Virus record (IMG/VR): IMGVR_UViG_3300032167_000010
DNA length: 64,000 bases
Strand: one strand, 5' to 3'
Origin: a virus
Lineage: Duplodnaviria > Heunggongvirae > Uroviricota > Caudoviricetes
Position numbers and translations under genes: made by a program. The notes beneath the pieces are model-generated. The model was not told the DNA's origin and did not search any database. It worked only from the letters and a program-made list of their open reading frames with translations. Below are positions 28,853 through 37,546 of the stretch, piece after piece; position 1 is the first letter of the stretch; each line of letters opens with the position of its first letter.

Positions 28853-31162
28853 ATGAAAGAATCTGTTACAAAATTTGATTTAGAGTCTGCATTTAAAGCA
28901 CTTGATGAAATAGAAATGCCAGCAGGTGAAAAGGGCATAAAAGCAAATAGGCCGGCACTTACGGAAATTTTTTCTCGTAAGTCTAAATTTGATTCTCTTT
29001 TTGAGGAATACTATGATGTAGGCAGCACAGAAGAACTTGGAGCTGCCAAAGAGGAACGTGAAGCTGAAATCGCAAAAGCTAAACTTGAACGTATTGAGAA
29101 AATTGTCGACCTTGATGCAAAATCACCAGAAGATTTACTAACTTCTTACGTTGGTAAATATATAATTCAATGCCCTCAGTGTATGACGCTCTTCTATAAA
29201 AATAAAGAAGACATCGTAGAAGCTGAAGATGATCCAAATACTGTAAACGTTGGAGAAGTTTGTCAGCACTGCGGTAATGAATCGGGTTATACATTAGTTG
29301 GTAAAGTAGGTGAGGCTGACGCAGAAGCTCCAGCTGAAGAGTTGTCTACTGAAGAGGTTCCTATTGAGGAAAAACCAGTAGAAGAAACTACTGAAGAATC
29401 TACTGATGAAGCTACTGATGAAGGTTTAGAAGATTTGGCTGACCTTGAAGACTTAGACCTTGACCTTGAAGAGCCAGCAGAAGAGGAAAAAACTGAAGAG
29501 TCTTTCACTGCTCATATGGGTGAAGCGTTAATGGAAGAAGTTCAGGATGATGCTGACCTTGATGCTAAATTAAAAGCTCACAATGAATATATCGAATATT
29601 TAAGAAATGTTATTGCTCAAGAAGAAGCCGCTGTAGAAAAGGAAAATAATGAACAAGTTAAAGCTGCTATTCAAAGGCGTATTGATGCTTTTAAAGCTGA
29701 CCTTGAAGCAGCACTTCCTGATGAAGTTAAAAATGAACTTGTAGCAGAGACTCAAGAAAATCCAGTAGAAGAGGCTGAACTTGATGCAAGTGAATCAGTA
29801 GAATCTGCTGATGAAGAAACATCTACTGAAATACAAGAAGAGTCATTAGAAATCGATGGTACTCCACTTACAGAATCATTAAAAGAAGGAGCTGAACTTG
29901 AAGTTTCAGCTGATGAGTTTAAAGAGTTAATAGATTCACCAGAGTTTAAAAAGCCTATTTCTGATGTAGCAGTTAGAGCTATGTTAAATTCAGAAAAAGC
30001 AGCTGAAGAGGAAAATAAAGAAGTAAAAGAATCAAAGTCTATCTATCAATGTGACGACTGTGGTTATGAGATAGAACTTGACGATGAAGAATATGATGGT
30101 ATGTGTCCAAATTGTCACGAACATCATGGTTTTTATAAATTAGAAGAAGGTATTTTCGACGGCACAGGTGTTACACGTAACCAACAGGCCGACTGGATTT
30201 TAAAAAATGCTAGGGAAAACTATAATGATAGTAAATCTGCACAAGCATTTAATACTTTTGTAATTTACTACTTCAAAGGCAATTTTAGAAAAGACCAAAA
30301 TGATACAGAAGGAAAAGGTAAAAAAATAACAGTAGCTCCGAAGCCAGATAATAAAGACCTAGTAGTTGGCCAGGCTCCTGACGCTAAAACAAGCTATAAA
30401 GATGCTGCTAGATTAGCCGCTGGTTGGAGTATGATAGAAGGCAATGGCCCAGCTATGATTTTTATGGCAAAAAAACTTGAAGATACAAATAAAACTTTCT
30501 TCTGTGAATATTTTAAAGGTGATTTAATACAAAGCTCAGACCAATTAGCTTCTATGTTAGACAAAATCAAAAACAGTCTAAAGGGTGCTAAAAAAATGGC
30601 TAAAGCTAAACCAGGTCAACCAGACTATAAAGAGGTTAAGGCTTCAGAAGTTAAAGCTGGCACAAAAGTAAAGTATGGTGATGAAGTCGGAACAGTTACA
30701 GAAGTGTCTGAGACTAGAAATAAGCAAGAATTTAAATTTATACTTGATTTCGGTGATGGAAGCAAACCAGAAGAGATGCATGTAGCTAAGACTGGTAAGG
30801 TTAGCGTCGCAGTAACTACAGAAAGCTTACAGTCAGTTATGGTAGAAGTCGAAGAGCTTCAAGAAGAAGCACTAGAAAAGCTTATTTCTGACTCGCTTGT
30901 AGAAGCTTATGGTAATGTTGCTGGCTATAGAGTTACTGGTTGCGAGTATTTAAATGAAAAACTAGTGGTCGACGGTACTGCATACTTTACTTCTGGTAAT
31001 ACGAGAAAATTAACATATACCTTCACGGAAGCTTATAAGAATGAAGGTAAGGTTGAGCTTAAAGGCTTAAATGAAAAGCTTGGCACAGATAAACAGTTTA
31101 CTTTGACAGGTAAAATTGAAAACAAAACTCTTATTACAGAATCTTTTAAATGTAATAAATAA
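28853..31162 (+). CDS. Large acidic multi-domain putative internal head protein
   Basis: Two zinc ribbons (CPQC/CQHC and CDDC/CPNC); many x-x-E-S/A motifs. Confidence 0.7.
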   Translation: MKESVTKFDLESAFKALDEIEMPAGEKGIKANRPALTEIFSRKSKFDSLFEEYYDVGSTEELGAAKEEREAEIAKAKLERIEKIVDLDAKSPEDLLTSYVGKYIIQCPQCMTLFYKNKEDIVEAEDDPNTVNVGEVCQHCGNESGYTLVGKVGEADAEAPAEELSTEEVPIEEKPVEETTEESTDEATDEGLEDLADLEDLDLDLEEPAEEEKTEESFTAHMGEALMEEVQDDADLDAKLKAHNEYIEYLRNVIAQEEAAVEKENNEQVKAAIQRRIDAFKADLEAALPDEVKNELVAETQENPVEEAELDASESVESADEETSTEIQEESLEIDGTPLTESLKEGAELEVSADEFKELIDSPEFKKPISDVAVRAMLNSEKAAEEENKEVKESKSIYQCDDCGYEIELDDEEYDGMCPNCHEHHGFYKLEEGIFDGTGVTRNQQADWILKNARENYNDSKSAQAFNTFVIYYFKGNFRKDQNDTEGKGKKITVAPKPDNKDLVVGQAPDAKTSYKDAARLAAGWSMIEGNGPAMIFMAKKLEDTNKTFFCEYFKGDLIQSSDQLASMLDKIKNSLKGAKKMAKAKPGQPDYKEVKASEVKAGTKVKYGDEVGTVTEVSETRNKQEFKFILDFGDGSKPEEMHVAKTGKVSVAVTTESLQSVMVEVEELQEEALEKLISDSLVEAYGNVAGYRVTGCEYLNEKLVVDGTAYFTSGNTRKLTYTFTEAYKNEGKVELKGLNEKLGTDKQFTLTGKIENKTLITESFKCNK

Positions 31163-31192
31163 AATAAATTAAAGTATAGAAAGGAGCTTTAG

Positions 31193-31705
31193 ATGTCTAA
31201 CAATATAAAAGACTATGGACTACTAATAAATGGCGATATTAAACTTCATCGCTCATGGTTTAAACAAATGGTAGCCCTTCATGGTATTAATTGTAAATAT
31301 AAAGCTCCTTTAAAGAATAAAGAATATGATATTTACGGCGATCTTCAAACAAGTTATAAACCTGAAATCGTAGTAGGTTGTTTATTTCAAGAACACCCAG
31401 ACCAAAAGTCTTTAAAGAAAGCTGGTTGGGTAGCAGAGCTTCAAGAAGGCTCTTCTATTATACATGTTCCTTATGATCTACCAGACCTTCAGGTTGGAGC
31501 ACTCTTTGATGTTCCCAGCGGACTTGACACTGGTAAAGATAGGACATTCCGTGTAATCAGCCTATCAAATATTATGATATATCCTGCTTCAATTGCTTGT
31601 GAAATAGCCCTTGAATATACATCAAACGATGAGCACCATTTAATTACGACTGCTCATGAACAAGAAGATATGCCACTACTTATTGATAGGGAGGACGATG
31701 ATTAA
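31193..31705 (+). CDS. Head closure/neck protein (gp14-like)
   Basis: Position and beta-rich sequence. Confidence 0.55.
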   Translation: MSNNIKDYGLLINGDIKLHRSWFKQMVALHGINCKYKAPLKNKEYDIYGDLQTSYKPEIVVGCLFQEHPDQKSLKKAGWVAELQEGSSIIHVPYDLPDLQVGALFDVPSGLDTGKDRTFRVISLSNIMIYPASIACEIALEYTSNDEHHLITTAHEQEDMPLLIDREDDD

Positions 31706-32853
31706 TGTCCCAAAGATTATTTGAAGCTAATTTTATTACTATTAATACAAGTGCCTGGGATAGACCAATTACTCTATCAAATACTCAAGCAGAAGAGCAC
31801 TCGGCGGAAGAAACTCAAGAAAATGGTACTACTACGGAAACTATAAACACCAATGAGTATCCACATAAAGCAACGACTTCTAAAGAATGGACAGCTTGGG
31901 GTGAATGGCTTGAAGCCAGACTTGAAGAGAACAAAAACCTTGACAAAGAGTCTAAAATGAGCGATATTGAAATTACAAACGAATTTTTTGAAAACTTTTT
32001 TGTAACTAACTGGGGACAGGATGTTGGCTCTAAATTAAAGGCATTTACTAATATTAAAAAATATTTTATCCGTAATAATGATGTTTATACAGCTGCTTTT
32101 ACTCCAGAGACAAGTCCATTGTTAAAGTATCTAACAAAGACATTCGTAACGGGCTTAATCCGTGAGGGTATCTTCCAATCAGGAACTTTTAATGCTATAC
32201 TATTAGCATATAAAGATAATATTGTAAAAGCAAATGAATTTGCTAGGGATATAGCAACAGACGGCAGTGAATATAACATTTTATACTGCAATGACTTATA
32301 TAAAAAGAGTCCAAGTGTAATGCTTGATTATTTAAAGCAGCAACAACTTGTTTTAAAGAGTGGTGGTGATAGTGTTATAATTAAGAATAAATTAACTTTT
32401 CTTAAAACTAATGCTTTTACATCTTTTGAACCAGAAGATCGCGCAAAAGAGATTAAAGCGAAAATAAAAGCAGGTACTTTGCCAGAAGACTTAAAAGAAC
32501 TAGCAACTTGCGAACTCAACAATCTTGACTTAGTAAAGCTAATCGTTGGTAGTGACTATACTACAACAACAGCACTAAATAGTATAGGGCAAGATACGGT
32601 GGTAGCGAAGCTTCCTTCATTGGCAGATAAGTTTGCTGCTATATTTGCATTATCGTTAACTACTTCTAGTACTGAGGCTAAAAAAGCGCTTAAAAATGAT
32701 GTATTTGGTAGGCTTAGCGCTGAAGATAAATTTAATGCTGCTGTAAAGATAGCAAGTTCAGGTATCTTACCAAAAGGACAACTTAATAAATCTGATGCAG
32801 ATACTTTAGTTGCTAAAATCATAAGCAGTATATCAAAGGACTCCCCTAAGTAA
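31705..32853 (+). CDS. Hypothetical putative virion protein
   Basis: N-terminal RLFEA; late operon. Confidence 0.7.
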   Translation: MSQRLFEANFITINTSAWDRPITLSNTQAEEHSAEETQENGTTTETINTNEYPHKATTSKEWTAWGEWLEARLEENKNLDKESKMSDIEITNEFFENFFVTNWGQDVGSKLKAFTNIKKYFIRNNDVYTAAFTPETSPLLKYLTKTFVTGLIREGIFQSGTFNAILLAYKDNIVKANEFARDIATDGSEYNILYCNDLYKKSPSVMLDYLKQQQLVLKSGGDSVIIKNKLTFLKTNAFTSFEPEDRAKEIKAKIKAGTLPEDLKELATCELNNLDLVKLIVGSDYTTTTALNSIGQDTVVAKLPSLADKFAAIFALSLTTSSTEAKKALKNDVFGRLSAEDKFNAAVKIASSGILPKGQLNKSDADTLVAKIISSISKDSPK

Positions 32854-32854
32854 T

Positions 32855-33181
32855 ATGTTTTTTAAAGTAAATAATAATCGTTATTTATCTGAAGAGTATC
32901 TACATACAAATACACTAATGCATGCATATTTTTTAATTAAAAATTATCCTATTAGAGCTTCAGAAAAAATATTAAATGATTTTATCACTCAACAATACAA
33001 GATGTCTTTAAAAGATATGTGTATTAAGTTATTGCTAAACTTGACTTTTTATAAAGACGATAATGGCAATATCATATTGTTGTTCAAAGACCAAAAATAT
33101 GATAAAATAGCGCAGCTTATTACCTATGGAAATGGTGCTATTCCGGGAAGTAAGATTTTACAACTATCATTAAATAATTAA
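32855..33181 (+). CDS. Hypothetical structural-module protein
   Basis: LITYGNG; position. Confidence 0.65.
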   Translation: MFFKVNNNRYLSEEYLHTNTLMHAYFLIKNYPIRASEKILNDFITQQYKMSLKDMCIKLLLNLTFYKDDNGNIILLFKDQKYDKIAQLITYGNGAIPGSKILQLSLNN

Positions 33182-33193
33182 GGAGAATTGCTA

Positions 33194-33850
33194 ATGGCTA
33201 TAAGTTATTATGATGAGGCAGTTACCCAGAAAATAAAGGGTTGGCTTGCTGATTCTTCTAAATTAAGAGTCTTATCACCTGATGAGTCTACAAGGCTAAT
33301 ACAATTAACGGCAGAAGACTCAGAAGATAAACCATTTACACTGCCTCTTATTGCAATATCTAGAAATAAAGATATTGAGATTGAAAACTCAATTAAACAA
33401 AACAAATCATTCGATGGGCTGATTATAGGAAGAGATGCTGTCAGTAAAACTACTGTGCATCTAAATGTTATTCCAGTAAAAACTACATACCAGTTAGATA
33501 TTTATACTAAAAAGCGCATTGAAGCAGATGAGTATATTAGACAGTATTTATTTAAATTAATAAATAATCCACAAATAATTATCGAGATACCCTATAACAA
33601 CTATCTTATTAGACACACAGCGAACCTGAGAGTACTTAGCACTGTATCTGACACTAGTGATATTTCTGCTCACATATTCCCTGGACAGTTTTATAAGTGG
33701 ACTATTCAGTTAGAACTTCAAGATGGTTTCTTGTTTAGTATACCACAAAAACAAAGCTGGAAAATTATTGGGGTTGAAGTTGCTATTGCTGATAAAATTT
33801 CAGACCCTGTTGAAGATGATATATTAGAATACAAAGAAGATTTTATTTAA
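33194..33850 (+). CDS. Tail terminator/completion protein (gp15-like)
   Basis: LPLIAISR and PVKTTYQLDIYT; directly before the sheath gene. Confidence 0.65.
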   Translation: MAISYYDEAVTQKIKGWLADSSKLRVLSPDESTRLIQLTAEDSEDKPFTLPLIAISRNKDIEIENSIKQNKSFDGLIIGRDAVSKTTVHLNVIPVKTTYQLDIYTKKRIEADEYIRQYLFKLINNPQIIIEIPYNNYLIRHTANLRVLSTVSDTSDISAHIFPGQFYKWTIQLELQDGFLFSIPQKQSWKIIGVEVAIADKISDPVEDDILEYKEDFI

Positions 33851-33869
33851 GATTCACTAAAAATAATAT

Positions 33870-33878
33870 GCTAAATTA
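33870..33878 (+). promoter_or_regulatory. Late-type promoter GCTAAATTA
   Basis: Upstream of the sheath gene. Confidence 0.75.
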
Positions 33879-33949
33879 TTTGAATGAAATTTGTAATAAA
33901 ATTTCAAATAGAAATTATTTTAGAAATTAATAAGGAGATATAAATTAGT

Positions 33950-35608
33950 ATGCCTAAAATACTTATTAACGAGAAAGATTATACTTCTCCCGGCACGCCT
34001 GGTAGTTATGGAAATTATACTGTTTTAATTACGGGTTATCAAAAAGAATTTACATCAGCCCAGATCACTGCAGCAAATACAGCCATTAGCGACTATAAAA
34101 CGGCTATAGCTACGAAGTCTGCGATTATTCCAGTATTGGATGAAACTGCCACAATGATTATGGCTAGACAAGAGGCTATTGATGCAAATGGTGCCTATGA
34201 GTTTAACTCTAAACAAGCCTTCGAAGATATTATTGGGGAGTGTTCTGACGAAAAAACATTTACAATCCTTGGAGAAGAAGACCCAAGAATCGAAACCCAC
34301 TATGGTAATAGAATGGCACGTGAGCTATTAAGCCTAGGCTATCCTATCATTTATAAGCCCATTCAAACTATTTTAGATATGAACGATGAAGCCTTCTGGG
34401 AATGTTTTAAAGACAAGGCTAACTATGACTTTAGATTTATTAGTCATGGTATGCTTGAAACTGTTTATTCTGAAGAAGCTTTAGATGAGCTTAAAGCGCG
34501 CTTAGATGATGTTAAACTTGATGTTGCTAAATTTAAAGAAGTTGAAGATGCTGAAGACTATGAAAGCTACCTTTCAGCTGAAGCAGTAAATAAAAAATCT
34601 GATGGTAGCTTATACTTTACAGATGGTAGCCTACAGTATAGCTACGATCAAGCCCTAATACAATATACAGAAGAAGACGGGGTTATCCCGGCTATAAGCG
34701 CTGCTGAGGAAGCTATTGCTGCGTACGATACTACAGCAATAACTCCTACAGTATTTAATAATATTAATGCAATCATTGCAAATCTTGCTAGCTACAAGAC
34801 AGGTCTTACTGCTGGTCGTGGCGACTGCACGGCGCTTATTGAATTAGACGAAAAGTGCTATGTGAGCGGCGTTGGTAAACCTGAGCATCGTATTGTAAAC
34901 GGGATTAATGCAATGACGGGTATTAATGGAAATGTTGGTGCTTATTGTGCAATGACTGTTCCAAGTGTTTACTATAAAGGTATTGTAGGCAAACTTCCTG
35001 GTGCTTTCCACTACTTAGCTTGCTTTATGAATTCAATAAGCTCAGGTTTTGCTGAATGGTATGCAGTGGCTGGATACACTCGCGGCGTGTCTAGCTATAT
35101 AATCGATCGTACATCTGTTAAACTTGGCGAAATTGCTATTAATACTCTTGAACCAAGAAACATTATCGATCAAAGCAGTCAACCTAAATTTGCTTGTAAT
35201 GTAATAGCTAACTTCAGAGGAAGTTATTATTTATGGGGTAATAGAACTGCTGAACCTGTTCAGCAGGCAAATGGCGGCGGTGACTTAGTCGCATCTCATT
35301 TCTTAAATATTAGACAACTCTGTTCAACAATTAAAAAGCAGCTTTATGTTTCTTGCCGCAGATTTACTTTTGACCCAAATAGCGATACTCTTTGGTATAG
35401 TTTTACAGGGTCTATCGTACCTACTCTTGAAAAAATGAAGGCAGATCAAGGTATTAGAGACTATAAAATTATCAAAGTGCGTACTGACAAAAAAGCAACT
35501 CTAAAAGCTAAGATTAGAATTATTCCTGTCGAGGCTGTAGAAGATTTTGACATCGAAATTTCTCTTGAAGATTCTTTCGGTGAAACTTCAGTAGTTGCAA
35601 ATGGTTAA
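33950..35608 (+). CDS. Contractile tail sheath protein
   Basis: WYAVAGYTRG, LWGNRT, LNIRQL and FDPNSDTLW. Confidence 0.92.
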   Translation: MPKILINEKDYTSPGTPGSYGNYTVLITGYQKEFTSAQITAANTAISDYKTAIATKSAIIPVLDETATMIMARQEAIDANGAYEFNSKQAFEDIIGECSDEKTFTILGEEDPRIETHYGNRMARELLSLGYPIIYKPIQTILDMNDEAFWECFKDKANYDFRFISHGMLETVYSEEALDELKARLDDVKLDVAKFKEVEDAEDYESYLSAEAVNKKSDGSLYFTDGSLQYSYDQALIQYTEEDGVIPAISAAEEAIAAYDTTAITPTVFNNINAIIANLASYKTGLTAGRGDCTALIELDEKCYVSGVGKPEHRIVNGINAMTGINGNVGAYCAMTVPSVYYKGIVGKLPGAFHYLACFMNSISSGFAEWYAVAGYTRGVSSYIIDRTSVKLGEIAINTLEPRNIIDQSSQPKFACNVIANFRGSYYLWGNRTAEPVQQANGGGDLVASHFLNIRQLCSTIKKQLYVSCRRFTFDPNSDTLWYSFTGSIVPTLEKMKADQGIRDYKIIKVRTDKKATLKAKIRIIPVEAVEDFDIEISLEDSFGETSVVANG

Positions 35609-35628
35609 TTAAAAGGAGAATTTAAATT

Positions 35629-36240
35629 ATGGCAACAACAGGATTATCTGCTAAACATATTAGTACAAATCTAGCAAACTATGAAGCAGCTAGAACTGGT
35701 TTTTTTACCTTGCTAGTTGACTTTAGTCAAGCTTCAGATGGAAATTCACAAATATCAAAGCTTATTAAAGCTAATCAAGGCGCTGGTGAAAATGATATAT
35801 TTGATAATGAAAGCGCAAAAGAAATCTTAAAACTTAATGTAGTTACTGCTCCTGTTCCTCACTTTTCAGTAAAAGTAGAAGAATTTAAACGTGGTAACGA
35901 TACAGTTAGATTTGCTGGTACACCTACTTTTGAAGCCGGCTCTATTAAAGTAGATGACTTCATTGGGGTAAAAACAAAAGACATTCTTATGGCTTGGCAA
36001 GGTCTTACATATAACGTTCATACTCGTAAGGGTGGACGTATGAAGGACTATAAGAAAACCGCAACTCTTATTGAATACACACAAGATTTCGCAGAAGTTA
36101 GAAGCTGGACGCTTTATGGCTGCTGGATTAGTAAAATCAGCGAAAGTGAATTTGATAAGTCAAACGATGGTATGCGTCAAATTACCGCTGAGATTCAGTA
36201 CGATTATGCGTACTTAAATGGCGATGACGAAGAAAATTAA
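35629..36240 (+). CDS. Tail tube protein (gp19-like)
   Basis: FAGTPTF, RSWTLYGCW and ITAEIQYDYA; follows the sheath gene. Confidence 0.88.
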   Translation: MATTGLSAKHISTNLANYEAARTGFFTLLVDFSQASDGNSQISKLIKANQGAGENDIFDNESAKEILKLNVVTAPVPHFSVKVEEFKRGNDTVRFAGTPTFEAGSIKVDDFIGVKTKDILMAWQGLTYNVHTRKGGRMKDYKKTATLIEYTQDFAEVRSWTLYGCWISKISESEFDKSNDGMRQITAEIQYDYAYLNGDDEEN

Positions 36241-36258
36241 TAATTAATTAATAAAAAT

Positions 36259-36290
36259 AAAAGACTTAGACAACATTGTCTAAGTCTTTT
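36259..36290 (+). terminator. Intrinsic terminator
   Basis: 15 bp stem AAAAGACTTAGACAA/TTGTCTAAGTCTTTT. Confidence 0.85.
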
Positions 36291-36317
36291 ATTTTTATTA
36301 AATCTATTTTCTTTTTT

Positions 36318-36326
36318 GCTAAATTA
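36318..36326 (+). promoter_or_regulatory. Late-type promoter GCTAAATTA
   Basis: Exact motif. Confidence 0.7.
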
Positions 36327-36365
36327 TATAGTAAGACTAAAATACATTTTCAGTGGAGCTTTATT

Positions 36366-36530
36366 ATGGGACGTAAAAAAGTTGATAGGAGTGACAAAGT
36401 AATACAAACTTTTGAATCTTCTAAACCGTTAGTTGAAAGACTTAAAGATACAGCTAAAGAACGAAGTATCACAGTATCAGCTCTTATAAGATATATTTTA
36501 GAGCACTACTTTGAAAATCGTGAACTATAA
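36366..36530 (+). CDS. Ribbon-helix-helix protein, 54 aa
   Basis: Not in the ORF track. MGRKKVDRSDKVIQTFESSKPLVERLKDTAKERSITVSALIRYILEHYFENREL; SD GGAG. Confidence 0.75.
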   Translation: MGRKKVDRSDKVIQTFESSKPLVERLKDTAKERSITVSALIRYILEHYFENREL

Positions 36531-36562
36531 ACAAAATAATTTTAAAGGAAAGGTAAATTATT

Positions 36563-37330
36563 ATGGAAACTAGACAAACAGATTACACTATTATGGAAGG
36601 CTTTACTTTGCCTTCAGGCGGTAAAATTTATGACAAAACAATTAACCCGCTTATTGAACTACGTTCAATGACAGCCAGAGATGAAATGAAAAGGCTATCA
36701 CCTTCTAGTACGCCGCTAAAAACTCTTGCTGATATTATAGAAGGTTGCTGTGTAGAAAAACCAGCTATTCACGTTTATGATATGGCTTTAGGCGACTATG
36801 AATTCTTACTTCACAAACTAAGAATCGTTACTTATGGGGAAGACTACAAAGTATCTCTACGCTGCTCTGAATGCGGCGAGCTAATTGAAACAGTTGCAAA
36901 GCTTGACCAATTAGACGTTAAAAACTTTGATGAAGAAATTGTAAACAGTCTTAGAACTTTCTCGCTTCCAAAAACAGGGCGTGTAATATCACTTAACTTT
37001 ACATCACCAAGAAGTGTTGAAGAAGCTGAAGTGAAAGTAAGAGATATGAAACGTAGATATAAAGATGCTACACTTGATTTTGATACACTAGTAAGATTAC
37101 TTGTTAATATTGACACTGTAGATGGTGAAAAGAAAAATGACCACGAACTACAGACTATGATTACTAGCTTGCCTGCTATTGATTTACAAAAGATTTTAAA
37201 CAATATCGATAAGTTAAATCAGCAAGTTGGATTGGAAAATGTTTTATACCTAACATGTCCAAAGTGTGGGGAAGAGATATCAACCTTTTTTCGCTTCGGG
37301 CCCGAGTTTTTTAGACCCACAACTATCTAA
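36563..37330 (+). CDS. Baseplate hub assembly/tail chaperone (gp26-like)
   Basis: LRSMTARDE, CSECG and CPKCG; between the tube and tape measure genes. Confidence 0.75.
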   Translation: METRQTDYTIMEGFTLPSGGKIYDKTINPLIELRSMTARDEMKRLSPSSTPLKTLADIIEGCCVEKPAIHVYDMALGDYEFLLHKLRIVTYGEDYKVSLRCSECGELIETVAKLDQLDVKNFDEEIVNSLRTFSLPKTGRVISLNFTSPRSVEEAEVKVRDMKRRYKDATLDFDTLVRLLVNIDTVDGEKKNDHELQTMITSLPAIDLQKILNNIDKLNQQVGLENVLYLTCPKCGEEISTFFRFGPEFFRPTTI

Positions 37331-37532
37331 AGACGGAACACCGTACGGGCCGAAACGATATAAAGAAATTGTAAAAGAATGTTGGTATGTGAGCGATAAT
37401 CTACATACCAGCTATACTGATGTTTTAAACTTAGCGTATCAAGATAGAATTTATCTAATCGAATGTATTAATGAAAAGAAAGAGGCCACTGCTAAGGCAC
37501 TAGAAGAAGCTAGAATGTCTAATGGTCGATAA
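37266..37532 (+). CDS. Overlapping chaperone extension ORF (possible frameshift product)
   Basis: +1 frame relative to the upstream gene; GTG start has no SD; directly before the tape measure gene. Confidence 0.55.
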   Translation: MGKRYQPFFASGPSFLDPQLSKDGTPYGPKRYKEIVKECWYVSDNLHTSYTDVLNLAYQDRIYLIECINEKKEATAKALEEARMSNGR

Positions 37533-37546
37533 AAGGAGGAGGCTGT

